Notes under the pieces: generated by a model
Databases searched by the model: none
What the model was told of the DNA's origin: nothing
What the model saw: only the letters and a program-made list of their open reading frames with translations
Origin: an uncultured Spirochaetota bacterium
GTDB taxonomy: Bacteria > Spirochaetota > Brevinematia > Brevinematales > JAOACQ01
Assembly (NCBI GenBank): GCA_963835575.1
Contig: CAWIGG010000002.1
Coordinates: forward strand, 1,568,001-1,632,000
Length of the DNA stretch: 64,000 bases
Direction of reading: 5' to 3'
Part shown: piece by piece, positions 31,752 to 40,965 of the stretch
How positions within the stretch are numbered: position 1 is the first letter of the stretch
Layout: each line of letters opens with the position of its first letter
Translations under genes and position numbers: made by a program

Positions 31752-32951
31752 ATGGATTTTTCTCTGGGTGATATTGAGAACAACAGAATCTTAATTGTTG
31801 ATGATAATGAAGCGATACATGAAGATATCAAAAAAATTATTAAAAGCGAACCCTCCAAGGAAAAATTAGAAATTTCCAATCTTGAAAATATTTTATTCGA
31901 CAAAAAAATAAATACTGAAAACATACCGGATAAAATTAAAATAGATTACCAGATTGAAGACGCCTATCAGGGTGAAGAAGCGGTCATGATGGTCCAGAAG
32001 TCCGAGGCAAAAAACAGGCAGTACGCGCTGATATTCATGGATGTGAGAATGCCTCCCGGCATTAACGGGATTGAGGCTATTGAAAAAATCTGGAAAATAA
32101 ATCCATTCATTGAAATCGTCATCTGCACCGCTTTTTCCGATTATACCTGGGAGGAAATAGTCAGAAAGGTCGGAAGCGCCGAGCGCCTTTTATTTGTAAA
32201 AAAGCCTTTTAATTCGCTGGAAATAAAACAGGTGGTCCTTTCGCTTATATTAAAACGCAATATGAATGAAAAAGCACGTAATATGATCAAAAACATGGAA
32301 AATGAAATGGAGGAAAGGACCAATCAGCTGCAGTCCATGATATCTGAATTGAAAAAAAGTTCCGACGATAAACAGAATAAAAATGCCGCGTCGGCAGAAC
32401 TTTCGGAAAGGGACAGTTTGACCAGGCTCTATAACCTTTTTGTACTTCAGCAGCGCCTGCAGGAAATATTTGAAGCTTCCCGCCGCCATTCATTTCCCAT
32501 CAGCGTGATGATCATTGATATTGATAATTTCAAAGAATTGAACGACACATACGGACATGATACCGGCAATGAAGTCCTCTTAAAAATCGCGGAGATTCTG
32601 AAAGGCTCTCCCTATATCCCGGGCCAATCCTATGATGAGAAGGAAAATATAGGAGAGATCCGGAAATACGACATCGCCGGAAGGTATGGAAGCGATGAAT
32701 TCGGAGTTGTATTACCATACTGTACAGAAGAATCGGCAAGAAAGATCGCCGAACGTCTATTGCAGAGAATTCAAACTATCAAACTCTCATCCGCACCGGA
32801 AGCCGTCATCAGGGGAAATTGCGGTATCGCGGTCCTTAATAAGGATAAAGCCTGCCAGAACAGCAGGCAGATACTAAGCCTTGCCGACAAAGCGCTCTAT
32901 TACGCCAAATCACAGGGTAAAAACCGCCTGCATGTCATAAAATTCGAATAG
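31752..32951 (+). CDS. REC-GGDEF protein with variant GSDEF active site
   Basis: ILIVDD, FMDVRMP, DSLTRLYN, IDIDNFK, YGHDTG, RKYD..RYGSDEF and ADKALY motifs. Confidence 0.88.
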   Translation: MDFSLGDIENNRILIVDDNEAIHEDIKKIIKSEPSKEKLEISNLENILFDKKINTENIPDKIKIDYQIEDAYQGEEAVMMVQKSEAKNRQYALIFMDVRMPPGINGIEAIEKIWKINPFIEIVICTAFSDYTWEEIVRKVGSAERLLFVKKPFNSLEIKQVVLSLILKRNMNEKARNMIKNMENEMEERTNQLQSMISELKKSSDDKQNKNAASAELSERDSLTRLYNLFVLQQRLQEIFEASRRHSFPISVMIIDIDNFKELNDTYGHDTGNEVLLKIAEILKGSPYIPGQSYDEKENIGEIRKYDIAGRYGSDEFGVVLPYCTEESARKIAERLLQRIQTIKLSSAPEAVIRGNCGIAVLNKDKACQNSRQILSLADKALYYAKSQGKNRLHVIKFE

Positions 32952-33615
32952 CTCCGTACTGACGGGAATAGGCGCTTATTTTCTCTCTTATCTCATCATT
33001 CAGAACAACTTTTCCATCAATAGGACGGTTATAAAGATATTCGACTATATCCTGAAGAGTGACGACCGAATATGCTTCCATTCCAAACTCATCCTTCACT
33101 TCCTGAAGGGCTGTCTTACTGCCGGTGCCTTTTTCCATCCTGTCAACCGAAACAACCAGGGCTTTAAGCGCAACATCCGCGATAGATTTTAAAAGCCGTA
33201 TGCTTTCCCTGACGGAAGTTCCCGCTGTTACAACATCCTCAATGATAACAATGCGGGTCCCGTCTTTCGGCCTGCAGCCGATAAGAATGCCTCCTTCGCC
33301 ATGGTCTTTCGCTTCTTTACGGTTAAAACAAAAACATTTGCTCTCATTATATTTTTGAAAAAGCGCTATGGATGCCGAAACGCAAAGCGGTATGCCTTTA
33401 TAGGCAGGCCCGAATAATATATCAAATTCGGCCCCAATCTGCTTCATAATGGAATCGGCATAAAACTCTCCCAGTTTTGCTATCTGCTCCCCATTTTTAT
33501 AATTTCCTGTATTAATAAAAAAAGGGGTTTTTCTTCCGCTCTTTGTTACAAAATCCCCGAATGTCAGAACATTCGACCTGACCATAAATTCCATAAAATC
33601 TTCTTTATAACCCAT
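32935..33615 (-). CDS. pyrE: orotate phosphoribosyltransferase
   Basis: FGDFVTKSGR, GPAYKGIP, NRKEAKDHGEGG and IEDVVTAGTS motifs. Confidence 0.95.
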   Translation of the reverse strand: MGYKEDFMEFMVRSNVLTFGDFVTKSGRKTPFFINTGNYKNGEQIAKLGEFYADSIMKQIGAEFDILFGPAYKGIPLCVSASIALFQKYNESKCFCFNRKEAKDHGEGGILIGCRPKDGTRIVIIEDVVTAGTSVRESIRLLKSIADVALKALVVSVDRMEKGTGSKTALQEVKDEFGMEAYSVVTLQDIVEYLYNRPIDGKVVLNDEIREKISAYSRQYGAIRIL

Positions 33616-33641
33616 AACCGCCTGCCGTTTAATTTATTTTA

Positions 33642-33851
33642 AGGCAGTTCTAAAAACTCATATTGGTTCGCCACATTCGACAAGCTCAGTGCATGTAAAC
33701 TCACCACAAGTTTTAGAACTGCCGACTTTGTTTTAGATCATGCAGCCGCTGAGTTCGCGCGGCGAACTCCTCGCGGCAGCATTATTTACAAAAACAAGGA
33801 ATTTATTATAATAGGGACAGTTCCAAAAAGTTAAGTTTTTTGGAACTGTCC
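33642..33851. mobile_element. diverged MITE, copy 3
   Basis: Same three-hairpin layout (GGCAGTTCTAAAA..TTTTAGAACTGCC; GAGTTCGC..GCGAACTC; GGACAGTTCCAAAAA..TTTTTGGAACTGTCC). Confidence 0.75.
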
Positions 33852-33890
33852 TTCAATAATTATAAATTTATTTTTTTTATTAATCAAGTG

Positions 33891-33960
33891 CATTTCCAAT
33901 CCCTCACCAGTTTGTCAGGGTAAACCTGAGGAGCAATCAAACTGGTGAGGGATGGAAATG
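33891..33960. repeat. REP-like palindrome (TCCCTCAYCAGTTTG family), copy 2
   Basis: CATTTCCA-ATCCCTCACCAGTTTG...CAAACTGGTGAGGGA-TGGAAATG. Confidence 0.75.
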
Positions 33961-34111
33961 TCAAAAAAATATTACAGTTAGAGAACAAGATGTTCTTGGT
34001 TCTTGACTATTTTGTCGATTTTTAGAACTGCTCTTAATTTTGAAGCTTCTATTAGACTTTTTACATTTCCCTGTATAAAATTTGAAGACAGTAATAATGG
34101 AGTAATTTGCA

Positions 34112-34797
34112 ATGCCGCTATTTCAATTAATTGATGAACTGATTTTTCCTCCGGTCGAACTTGCCGAAGTGGAAGGAATACTGGCCGTAGGCGGAGACCT
34201 TTCTCCTGAAAGGCTGATTCTGGCCTATCAATCGGGGATCTTTCCCTGGTATATGGGAGAGAGCCCGATCCGCGTTTCGTTCTTTTTCCCGAAGAACTCA
34301 TAATCCCGAAAAGCATGAACAGGGTTTTTAATAAACATGTTTTCAATTTCACATTCGACCGGCGTTTTGAAGAAGTCATCACATCCTGCAGCCTGCCGCG
34401 GAAAAAAGAAAGCAGCACATGGCTCGTCCCTGATATGATTGACGCCTATATCCGGCTTCATAAGCTCGGGTATGCCCATTCGGTCGAAGCCTGGCAGGGG
34501 GATATGCTCTCGGGCGGCCTGTACGGCGTATCTCTGGGCCGCTGCTTTTTCGGCGAATCGATGTTCACCCGCGTCAGCAACGCCTCAAAAGCGGCGCTGA
34601 TATTCCTGACAAGAAAATTAAAAGAACTGAATTTTATAATCATTGATTCTCAGATTCATACACCCCATCTTGAAAGAATCGGCGCACGGGAAATTCCCCG
34701 GATGGAATACCTTGAATATTTAAAAAAGGGGCTTAAATATAAAACCCTGGCCGGCAGCTGGCAGAATTTAATGATCAATAGTATGAATTGTGAATAA
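34112..34797 (+). pseudogene. aat: leucyl/phenylalanyl-tRNA-protein transferase, frameshifted
   Basis: [25 protein letters not shown] in one frame, RFVLFPEE...GYAHSVEAW...FFGESMF in another; the conserved LWWSPDP segment is missing at about 34270. Confidence 0.85.
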
Positions 34798-35071
34798 CCC
34801 CGCTCTGCATTATTGTATATACGCCAATTGTTCAGCCCAGGTCACCTATTAAATCGAGGGAAACGGCGGCATGCTGATTCTGTTTTCTTACTTATGGCGA
34901 TCGTAGTTGAATCCATCGGCATCAGTAAAAAAGATTGCGATATTTATTTTTTTTAAACAAAAAATGATAGTCAATATTCTTTAATTGCAATAGATCTAAA
35001 ATATGTTTTTGCAAAATTTAAAATTGGATTTTATGTCTCTTTCCGGTTATAATATTCCACAGGAGGAAATA

Positions 35072-35374
35072 ATGCGGCAGAGCAATATCTCCAATCCGTT
35101 AACGACTGTTTTTCTCTATATTCTTTTCGGCGCGCTGCTCATTTCTTTTTTCATCGGTATGTTTCCCTTTATTATAATTCTTATAATCATAGCCGCCTGC
35201 GGCATAGGTTTTTCCTTTCTATACCAGTATATCAGATCTAAAATTAACAATCCGGAGAATCCCCATTCAAAATATGACGAACATGGAAGCAGGAAGATAA
35301 AGGCCTCCGTTATCGAAATGAAAGACCTCGGAAACAAAGAGAACAGAGAGTCTCAGGAAGAAACAAAAAAATGA
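35072..35374 (+). CDS. small membrane protein
   Basis: RBS AGGAGG; hydrophobic N-terminal half; overlaps the DUF58 start. Confidence 0.6.
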   Translation: MRQSNISNPLTTVFLYILFGALLISFFIGMFPFIIILIIIAACGIGFSFLYQYIRSKINNPENPHSKYDEHGSRKIKASVIEMKDLGNKENRESQEETKK

Positions 35375-36276
35375 AAAAACAGAAAGAAATCCCGATCCAG
35401 CAGATCATTTCAAAAGTCAAGCACCTGGAAATCCGCGCACGTAAAATCGTGCAGGACACTCTGTCAAGCGAATATCACAGCGTCTTCAAGGGAAGAGGCA
35501 TTGAATTCAACGAAGTACGGAATTACTTTCCCGGAGATGATGTCAGGGATATCGACTGGAATGTGACGGCCAGGATGAATGAACCATATGTTAAAACTTA
35601 TATTGAGGAACGCCAGCTGACCGTCATCTTTGCCGTGGATGTGAGCGCTTCAGGTTATTTCGGCAGCGGCAAATCAAAAAGGGAAATTATGGCGGAAGCC
35701 GTCGCCCTGCTCGGGTTCGCGTCTTTTTTTAATAATGACAAGGCGGGCCTTATCCTCTTTTCAGAAGATATCGAGAAGGTCATTCCGCCCAGAAAAAATT
35801 ATTCGCATCTCTTAAGGATCATACGGGACACATGGTATTACGAGGCAGGGCATAAAGGCACTTCTCTTACCCGTTCTTTCGGAAGCATACACAGCCTTCT
35901 CAAAAAAAAGGCCATCATCTTTATTCTCAGCGATTTTATGGACACAGGTTATGAAAAACCTCTCCTCGGACTGTCAAAAAAGCACGAAACCATCCCAATT
36001 GTCGCGAGCGACCCTCTGGAAGAAAAATTGAGCCTGCCGCTCACTTTAAAACAGCGTTTTCCTCTGCCTGTACTTTTTGATATAGAGGATATGGAAACGG
36101 AAAAACAAAAAACCATTGACCTTGAATCATCGCAGGCGACTGAAATAGAAAAATACCGTAAATATTATAGAAATATTTTCAAGAAGCTTTCTTTAGACTA
36201 TACGGAAATCAACAGCGAAATGGATTATTTTAAAAGAATTGAACTGATGCTCCGGAGAAGAATGCAGAAAAGATAA
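35371..36276 (+). CDS. DUF58 (MoxR-associated vWA-like) protein
   Basis: YHSVFKGRGIEFNEVRNY.PGDDVRDIDWNVTAR, DVSAS and LSDF motifs. Confidence 0.9.
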   Translation: MKKQKEIPIQQIISKVKHLEIRARKIVQDTLSSEYHSVFKGRGIEFNEVRNYFPGDDVRDIDWNVTARMNEPYVKTYIEERQLTVIFAVDVSASGYFGSGKSKREIMAEAVALLGFASFFNNDKAGLILFSEDIEKVIPPRKNYSHLLRIIRDTWYYEAGHKGTSLTRSFGSIHSLLKKKAIIFILSDFMDTGYEKPLLGLSKKHETIPIVASDPLEEKLSLPLTLKQRFPLPVLFDIEDMETEKQKTIDLESSQATEIEKYRKYYRNIFKKLSLDYTEINSEMDYFKRIELMLRRRMQKR

Positions 36277-36282
36277 ATTATT

Positions 36283-37623
36283 TTAACCCCGCCCGTTGTT
36301 CATTTCCTTCAATATATCACCCTTGCCGATTGGGAAATACCGGAAACCCAGCTCTTTCATCTGGGCCGGATTAAAAATGTTTCTTCCGTCTACTATAACG
36401 GGCAGTTTTAATGTATTATAGATGTCTGAAGGCTTTATTTTTTTAAATTCTTCCCATTCCGTCAATATAACCAGCGCTTCGCAATTCTCAGCGGCTTTCA
36501 GCGGTGATTCCGCGTACTTTATATTCCCTGATTCAGGATATATCTTTTTAAAATTTTCCGCCGCCTCCGGATCATACAGCCTGACATTGACCTTTTTTCC
36601 TATAAGATCATGAACGATCTTAAGTGAAGGCGCCTCTCTGATATCATCCGTTTCCGGTTTGAAAGCAAGGCCCCATACAGCTATTTCTTTGTTTTTTAAA
36701 ATCCAGAGCTCCTGCTCCAGAACTGTAATAATCTTTTTAAAACGGACGAAATTAAATGTATCAGCCGCTTTCATCAATGAACTATCGACAAAATGCTCGT
36801 CCATCACTTTTATAAAGGCTTTTACATCTTTCGGAAAACAGCTTCCGCCGTAACCTATTCCAGCGTTCAGAAAAGCCCTTCCGATGCGTCCGTCAAAGCC
36901 AATCCCTTCTGCCACTTTTTCAATGTCGCCTTCTGTTTTTTCGCAAAGGTCGGCCACCATATTGATAAATGAGATCTTTAGAGCCAGGAAAGAATTGGAT
37001 GCGTATTTAATAATTTCAGCGCTTGAGGGGTCAACAAGGATTTTTTTCGTTTCAAAACATTCGTAAAGTTTGAGCATAATGTCCTTTGCGCGCTGCGTCT
37101 CTACACCAATTACAATCCGGTCCGGATTCATAAAATCGGGAATGGCCGAACCTTCCTTTAAAAATTCGGAATTGACAACAAAGTCAAAATGTGATTTTCC
37201 CTTATTATAAAGCTTTGTTATTGTTTCAAGATGTTTATGCGTGCCGACCGGAACGGTGCTTTTCTCCACAATGATTTTATAAGAATGGGGCGGAGCGTTT
37301 TCGGCTATATTTCTGACCGCGGTCTCAACCTGCGACAGGTCGGCAGAACCGTCGGGCATAGGAGGCGTGCCGACACAGATAAAAATAATGTCGGAGTTAT
37401 GCACCATCTCTTTAATATCCAGGGTAAAAGATATTTTCTTACTAGTAATATTCTTTTTCAGAAGCTTGTCCAGGCCCGGTTCATAGATAGGGGATTTTCC
37501 TTTTTTATAGGCCTCAATTTTACCTTCATCCACGTCAAAGCAGATTACCTGGTTCCCCACGTCTGCGAAACAGCAGCCGCTCACAATACCCACATAGCCG
37601 GTGCCGATTATCCCGATATTCAT
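36283..37623 (-). CDS. ugd: UDP-glucose/GDP-mannose 6-dehydrogenase
   Basis: GTGYVG, ICVGTP, EKSTVP, EFLKEG, GYGGSCFPKD and AFKPETDDIRE motifs. Confidence 0.93.
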   Translation of the reverse strand: MNIGIIGTGYVGIVSGCCFADVGNQVICFDVDEGKIEAYKKGKSPIYEPGLDKLLKKNITSKKISFTLDIKEMVHNSDIIFICVGTPPMPDGSADLSQVETAVRNIAENAPPHSYKIIVEKSTVPVGTHKHLETITKLYNKGKSHFDFVVNSEFLKEGSAIPDFMNPDRIVIGVETQRAKDIMLKLYECFETKKILVDPSSAEIIKYASNSFLALKISFINMVADLCEKTEGDIEKVAEGIGFDGRIGRAFLNAGIGYGGSCFPKDVKAFIKVMDEHFVDSSLMKAADTFNFVRFKKIITVLEQELWILKNKEIAVWGLAFKPETDDIREAPSLKIVHDLIGKKVNVRLYDPEAAENFKKIYPESGNIKYAESPLKAAENCEALVILTEWEEFKKIKPSDIYNTLKLPVIVDGRNIFNPAQMKELGFRYFPIGKGDILKEMNNGRG

Positions 37624-37636
37624 TTTTTATCCCCGT

Positions 37637-38803
37637 TTATTTAATTTCTTTCAGAAGATCCTTAACTTTATCGGTCCTTTCCCAGCTGAATCCTTCCCTG
37701 CCGAAATGCCCGTAAGCGGCCGTTGCCTGAAAAATAGGTTTCCTCAGGTCCAGCGTTTTTATAATGCCGGCCGGCGAAAGGTCAAATACCTTTTTCACCG
37801 CTTCTTCTATGGCTTTTTCTTCCACTTTTGCGGAATTGAAAGTCTCTACCATTACTGAAACCGGGAACGGAACGCCGATCGCATAAGCCACCTGCAGCTC
37901 GCATCTTTCACAGAGTCCGGCGGCGACAATATTCTTTGCCACATAACGGGCCATATAAGCCGCGCTTCTGTCAACCTTGGACGGGTCTTTCCCGCTGAAA
38001 GCCCCGCCGCCATGCCGGCCCATGCCGCCGTATGTATCGACAATGATCTTTCTGCCTGTCAGCCCTGAATCGCCATGAGGGCCGCCGATGACAAAACGGC
38101 CGGTGGGATTAATATAATATTTTGTATTCTTATCAAGCAAACCGGTCGGTTCAAGAATAGGCATGACAATCTGTTTTATAATCTCGCTCTTGAGATCGTT
38201 ATAACTGATTGAATCATCGTGCTGATGGGAGACGACAACCGTGTCAATCCGTACCGGTTTATTCCCTTCATATTCAATTGTCACCTGGCTCTTTGAATCC
38301 GGGCGGAGCCATTTGATTTTTCCTTCTTTTCGAAGCTCAGAGGCAAATTTTAAAATCTTATGAGCGTACATGATCGGGGCCGGCATGAGTTCCGGCGTCT
38401 CCCTGCAGGCAAAACCGAACATCATTCCCTGGTCGCCTGCGCCCTGCTGGCCTTTAAACTCTTCCAGCCCGGCGCCTGATACGCCCTGGGATATATCCGG
38501 AGACTGTGAATGTATTGTATTAAGCACCGCCATTGAATGACAGTCAAGGCCGTACTCGGGATTGTCATAACCGATTTTTTTTGCCGTGTCCCGTACAACA
38601 GTCTGAAAATCCACCTGCGCTTTCGTCGTGATCTCACCGCCGACCAGAACCATTCCCGTTGTCGTAAAAGTTTCGCAGGCGACGCGCGAATTCGGGTCCT
38701 GCGCCAGGCAGGCGTCAAGCACGCCGTCCGACACCTGGTCAGCAAGTTTATCCGGGTGGCCTTCGCTGACTGATTCCGATGTGAAAAGATATCTTCCAGC
38801 CAT
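37637..38803 (-). CDS. metK: S-adenosylmethionine synthetase
   Basis: [19 protein letters not shown] and [16 protein letters not shown] motifs; RBS AGGAG before ATG 38803. Confidence 0.97.
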   Translation of the reverse strand: MAGRYLFTSESVSEGHPDKLADQVSDGVLDACLAQDPNSRVACETFTTTGMVLVGGEITTKAQVDFQTVVRDTAKKIGYDNPEYGLDCHSMAVLNTIHSQSPDISQGVSGAGLEEFKGQQGAGDQGMMFGFACRETPELMPAPIMYAHKILKFASELRKEGKIKWLRPDSKSQVTIEYEGNKPVRIDTVVVSHQHDDSISYNDLKSEIIKQIVMPILEPTGLLDKNTKYYINPTGRFVIGGPHGDSGLTGRKIIVDTYGGMGRHGGGAFSGKDPSKVDRSAAYMARYVAKNIVAAGLCERCELQVAYAIGVPFPVSVMVETFNSAKVEEKAIEEAVKKVFDLSPAGIIKTLDLRKPIFQATAAYGHFGREGFSWERTDKVKDLLKEIK

Positions 38804-38836
38804 TTCATTGCTCCTAAACAAAAAATAAGAATACTC

Positions 38837-38865
38837 ATTATAAAAAAGGCCTGGAATAAAATCAA
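38837..38865 (-). promoter_or_regulatory. sigma70-type promoter for metK
   Basis: Minus strand TTGATT-N17-TATAAT. Confidence 0.6.
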
Positions 38866-38897
38866 TTATTTTTTGCTCTTTCATAATTTGATTGTTA

Positions 38898-40589
38898 CCT
38901 AAACTGAGCGATTCTTTTATTAATTCAAAAAATCGGCCTGTTAAACGGGTGGGGTTTTAGAAATTTTAAGGAGTGAGATATTACCCATCCAATTTAAAGT
39001 ACAAGACCCTTTAGAAAAGGTCCTTATTTGTTGAAATTTTAGTTTTGAGCGCAATACCCCCTTATCCGGTTTTTTAGCTTTAATAATTTATATTGGGACA
39101 ACGAACAGGCATTTGTCCCAAACTTTAAATAGCCCCAATTCGTCTATTACTTCATGCCCGAAATTTCAATACAATTTTTCTGCTTCTTCTTACGATCTTT
39201 CCGGCTATGTCAATAAAAAGCCGTCTTACAGTGTCCGGATAACTGCCAATTGGGAAGCTATCTGAAAGCGCGTCTTCCTGCATAGCAATCAATAAATTGC
39301 GGGATATCAGCATCAGAAAATAGTATGCGGCATTTGAGATAAACCTTTTGAAAGGGAGTGTTTCATCCGCAAACTCCTTCACGCTCCGATTTACCAATTC
39401 ATCCTTCGCCCTTAAGAGATAAAGTTCGATAATCTCTTTAGCCGCCAGGTATTTTTCCAGTCCTGCCTTTTTTAGTAATTCCTGATTATATAAATTTGTG
39501 TAAATTAAATTATCCGGTTTCGCAAAATCCAGAAGGTACTCATCTCCATTATTTGCCCTTTTACAGTAAATCGCCCGGCGGCCTTTGCTCCATTTCTCCC
39601 GTTTGTCTCTAAAATCACAATATTCCCAGACATCGCCTTTTCTCTCAAAATTGCTCCAGCCTTGCGGAAGCTTGCGGATCAAATCCAGTTTGATGTCGTT
39701 GTACATTGTACCGCCGCAGATATAGTAATGTCCGTTTTCTTCCATCCATTCATAGTATTTCTGATCATTGAACCCACTATCTGAAACAACAATAACCGGC
39801 ACGTCTTTATCGTATTCTTTACGGATCTTTCCGATGATTTTTTCAAGCGATTCGTTCAGGTCATTCCCGTGATTACAATGTGCGCTCCCTTCCCGAAACA
39901 GCGAATAAATCACATAAGGCCCCCAATAGAACAATAAAGGATGAAACCCTTTTACCATTTTATATGTCAGAGTTACGCCTTCCCGTTTTCGCGCGCTGTT
40001 ATTGTCTAATACCGTCGAATCAACACCAAGTACAATTACCTTTGGCCGGGTTATTTTGAGCCGCCAGATAAACAACTCCAGTAAAAAATGACCTAAAGCA
40101 TTCACCATTTTTTCCGTTACGGCGCCTAAGAACCGTTTCATTGTATGTGAGGATGCCATTTCATTCTTTGAGAACTCAATTGTCCCGGCATACCCCATAT
40201 TGTTTTTCAGATCGTCAAACCTCGTCATAGTATTTTGGCTTCCGTCAACGAAAAAGCAGAATATCTGCTTTAGTATATTCTCGATCTTTTGCCCTTTTGA
40301 ACTTTTCCGCAGGCCGTCAAATATTCCAGTAATCAGCGATAATACGTGTGTCCCTTTGAGGTATCTGCAAAAAAATGCCAATCCTCCCCTGCCGCTTAAT
40401 AGATCATCCGTTATTCCAATTTCAGAAATCTCATTTTTGCAATATTTATTTTTTTCAGCCATAATTAACCTGCTTTTGCACCCAATGGGTGTTTTTTCGG
40501 GGTAAGGATGGCGGCAACCATTTCCTTACCCCATTCTATTTTAGCATGGTTTTTTATAATTCGGCTAATAAAGAATCGCTCAGTTTAGG
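38898..40589 (-). mobile_element. IS1380-family insertion sequence
   Basis: TIRs CCTAAACTGAGCGATTCTTT; 5 bp TSD TGTTA (38893-38897, 40590-40594). Confidence 0.9.
39152..40462 (-). CDS. IS1380-family DDE transposase (probably frameshifted near the C-terminus)
   Basis: GVDSTV, GFHPL, FREG, DSGF and RAKDE motifs; an alternative frame continues to a stop at 39088. Confidence 0.85.
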   Translation of the reverse strand: MAEKNKYCKNEISEIGITDDLLSGRGGLAFFCRYLKGTHVLSLITGIFDGLRKSSKGQKIENILKQIFCFFVDGSQNTMTRFDDLKNNMGYAGTIEFSKNEMASSHTMKRFLGAVTEKMVNALGHFLLELFIWRLKITRPKVIVLGVDSTVLDNNSARKREGVTLTYKMVKGFHPLLFYWGPYVIYSLFREGSAHCNHGNDLNESLEKIIGKIRKEYDKDVPVIVVSDSGFNDQKYYEWMEENGHYYICGGTMYNDIKLDLIRKLPQGWSNFERKGDVWEYCDFRDKREKWSKGRRAIYCKRANNGDEYLLDFAKPDNLIYTNLYNQELLKKAGLEKYLAAKEIIELYLLRAKDELVNRSVKEFADETLPFKRFISNAAYYFLMLISRNLLIAMQEDALSDSFPIGSYPDTVRRLFIDIAGKIVRRSRKIVLKFRA

Positions 40590-40631
40590 TGTTAATACAA
40601 GCATTTATTTAAATAGATCACAATGGTATAG

Positions 40632-40834
40632 CCACGGAGCCACGGAGAACTGGGAAATATTTTTTTAATATCTAATTGTTTATCAATTCTTTATCTTTTT
40701 GAATAAAGGTAATTTTGAGAATAGAACGCGGAGGGAAATCCACGGAGATACGGAGGATAAAGAGGAAATCCAAATAATAGGAAATCCTCTGTGACCGGCG
40801 CCTGTCCCGGGCTTAGCGAGGGATGCCTCTGCGG
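40632..40834. repeat. CACRGAG-type periodic repeat, open/close pair with an inserted REP-like motif
   Basis: CCACGGAGCCACGGAG, CACGGAGATACGGAG ... CCTCTGTG-[CCTGTCCCGGGCTTAGCGAGGGA]-CCTCTGCGG. Confidence 0.65.
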
Positions 40835-40965
40835 CAGACATTACAAGAATTAAGATCCTTCTCCATCGTTTTGTGAAACACAATTCCCTCATTCCTTGAA
40901 TATATTCACTGTTTTCCTTAAACTTTTAGACTCATGAGTCTGATAAAATAAGGACCGATAAAAAG

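Noticed and set aside
38804..38897. SAM riboswitch upstream of metK, or IS1380 disruption of the metK promoter
   Set aside because: No riboswitch consensus is visible, and a TTGATT-N17-TATAAT promoter remains intact between the IS and the gene.
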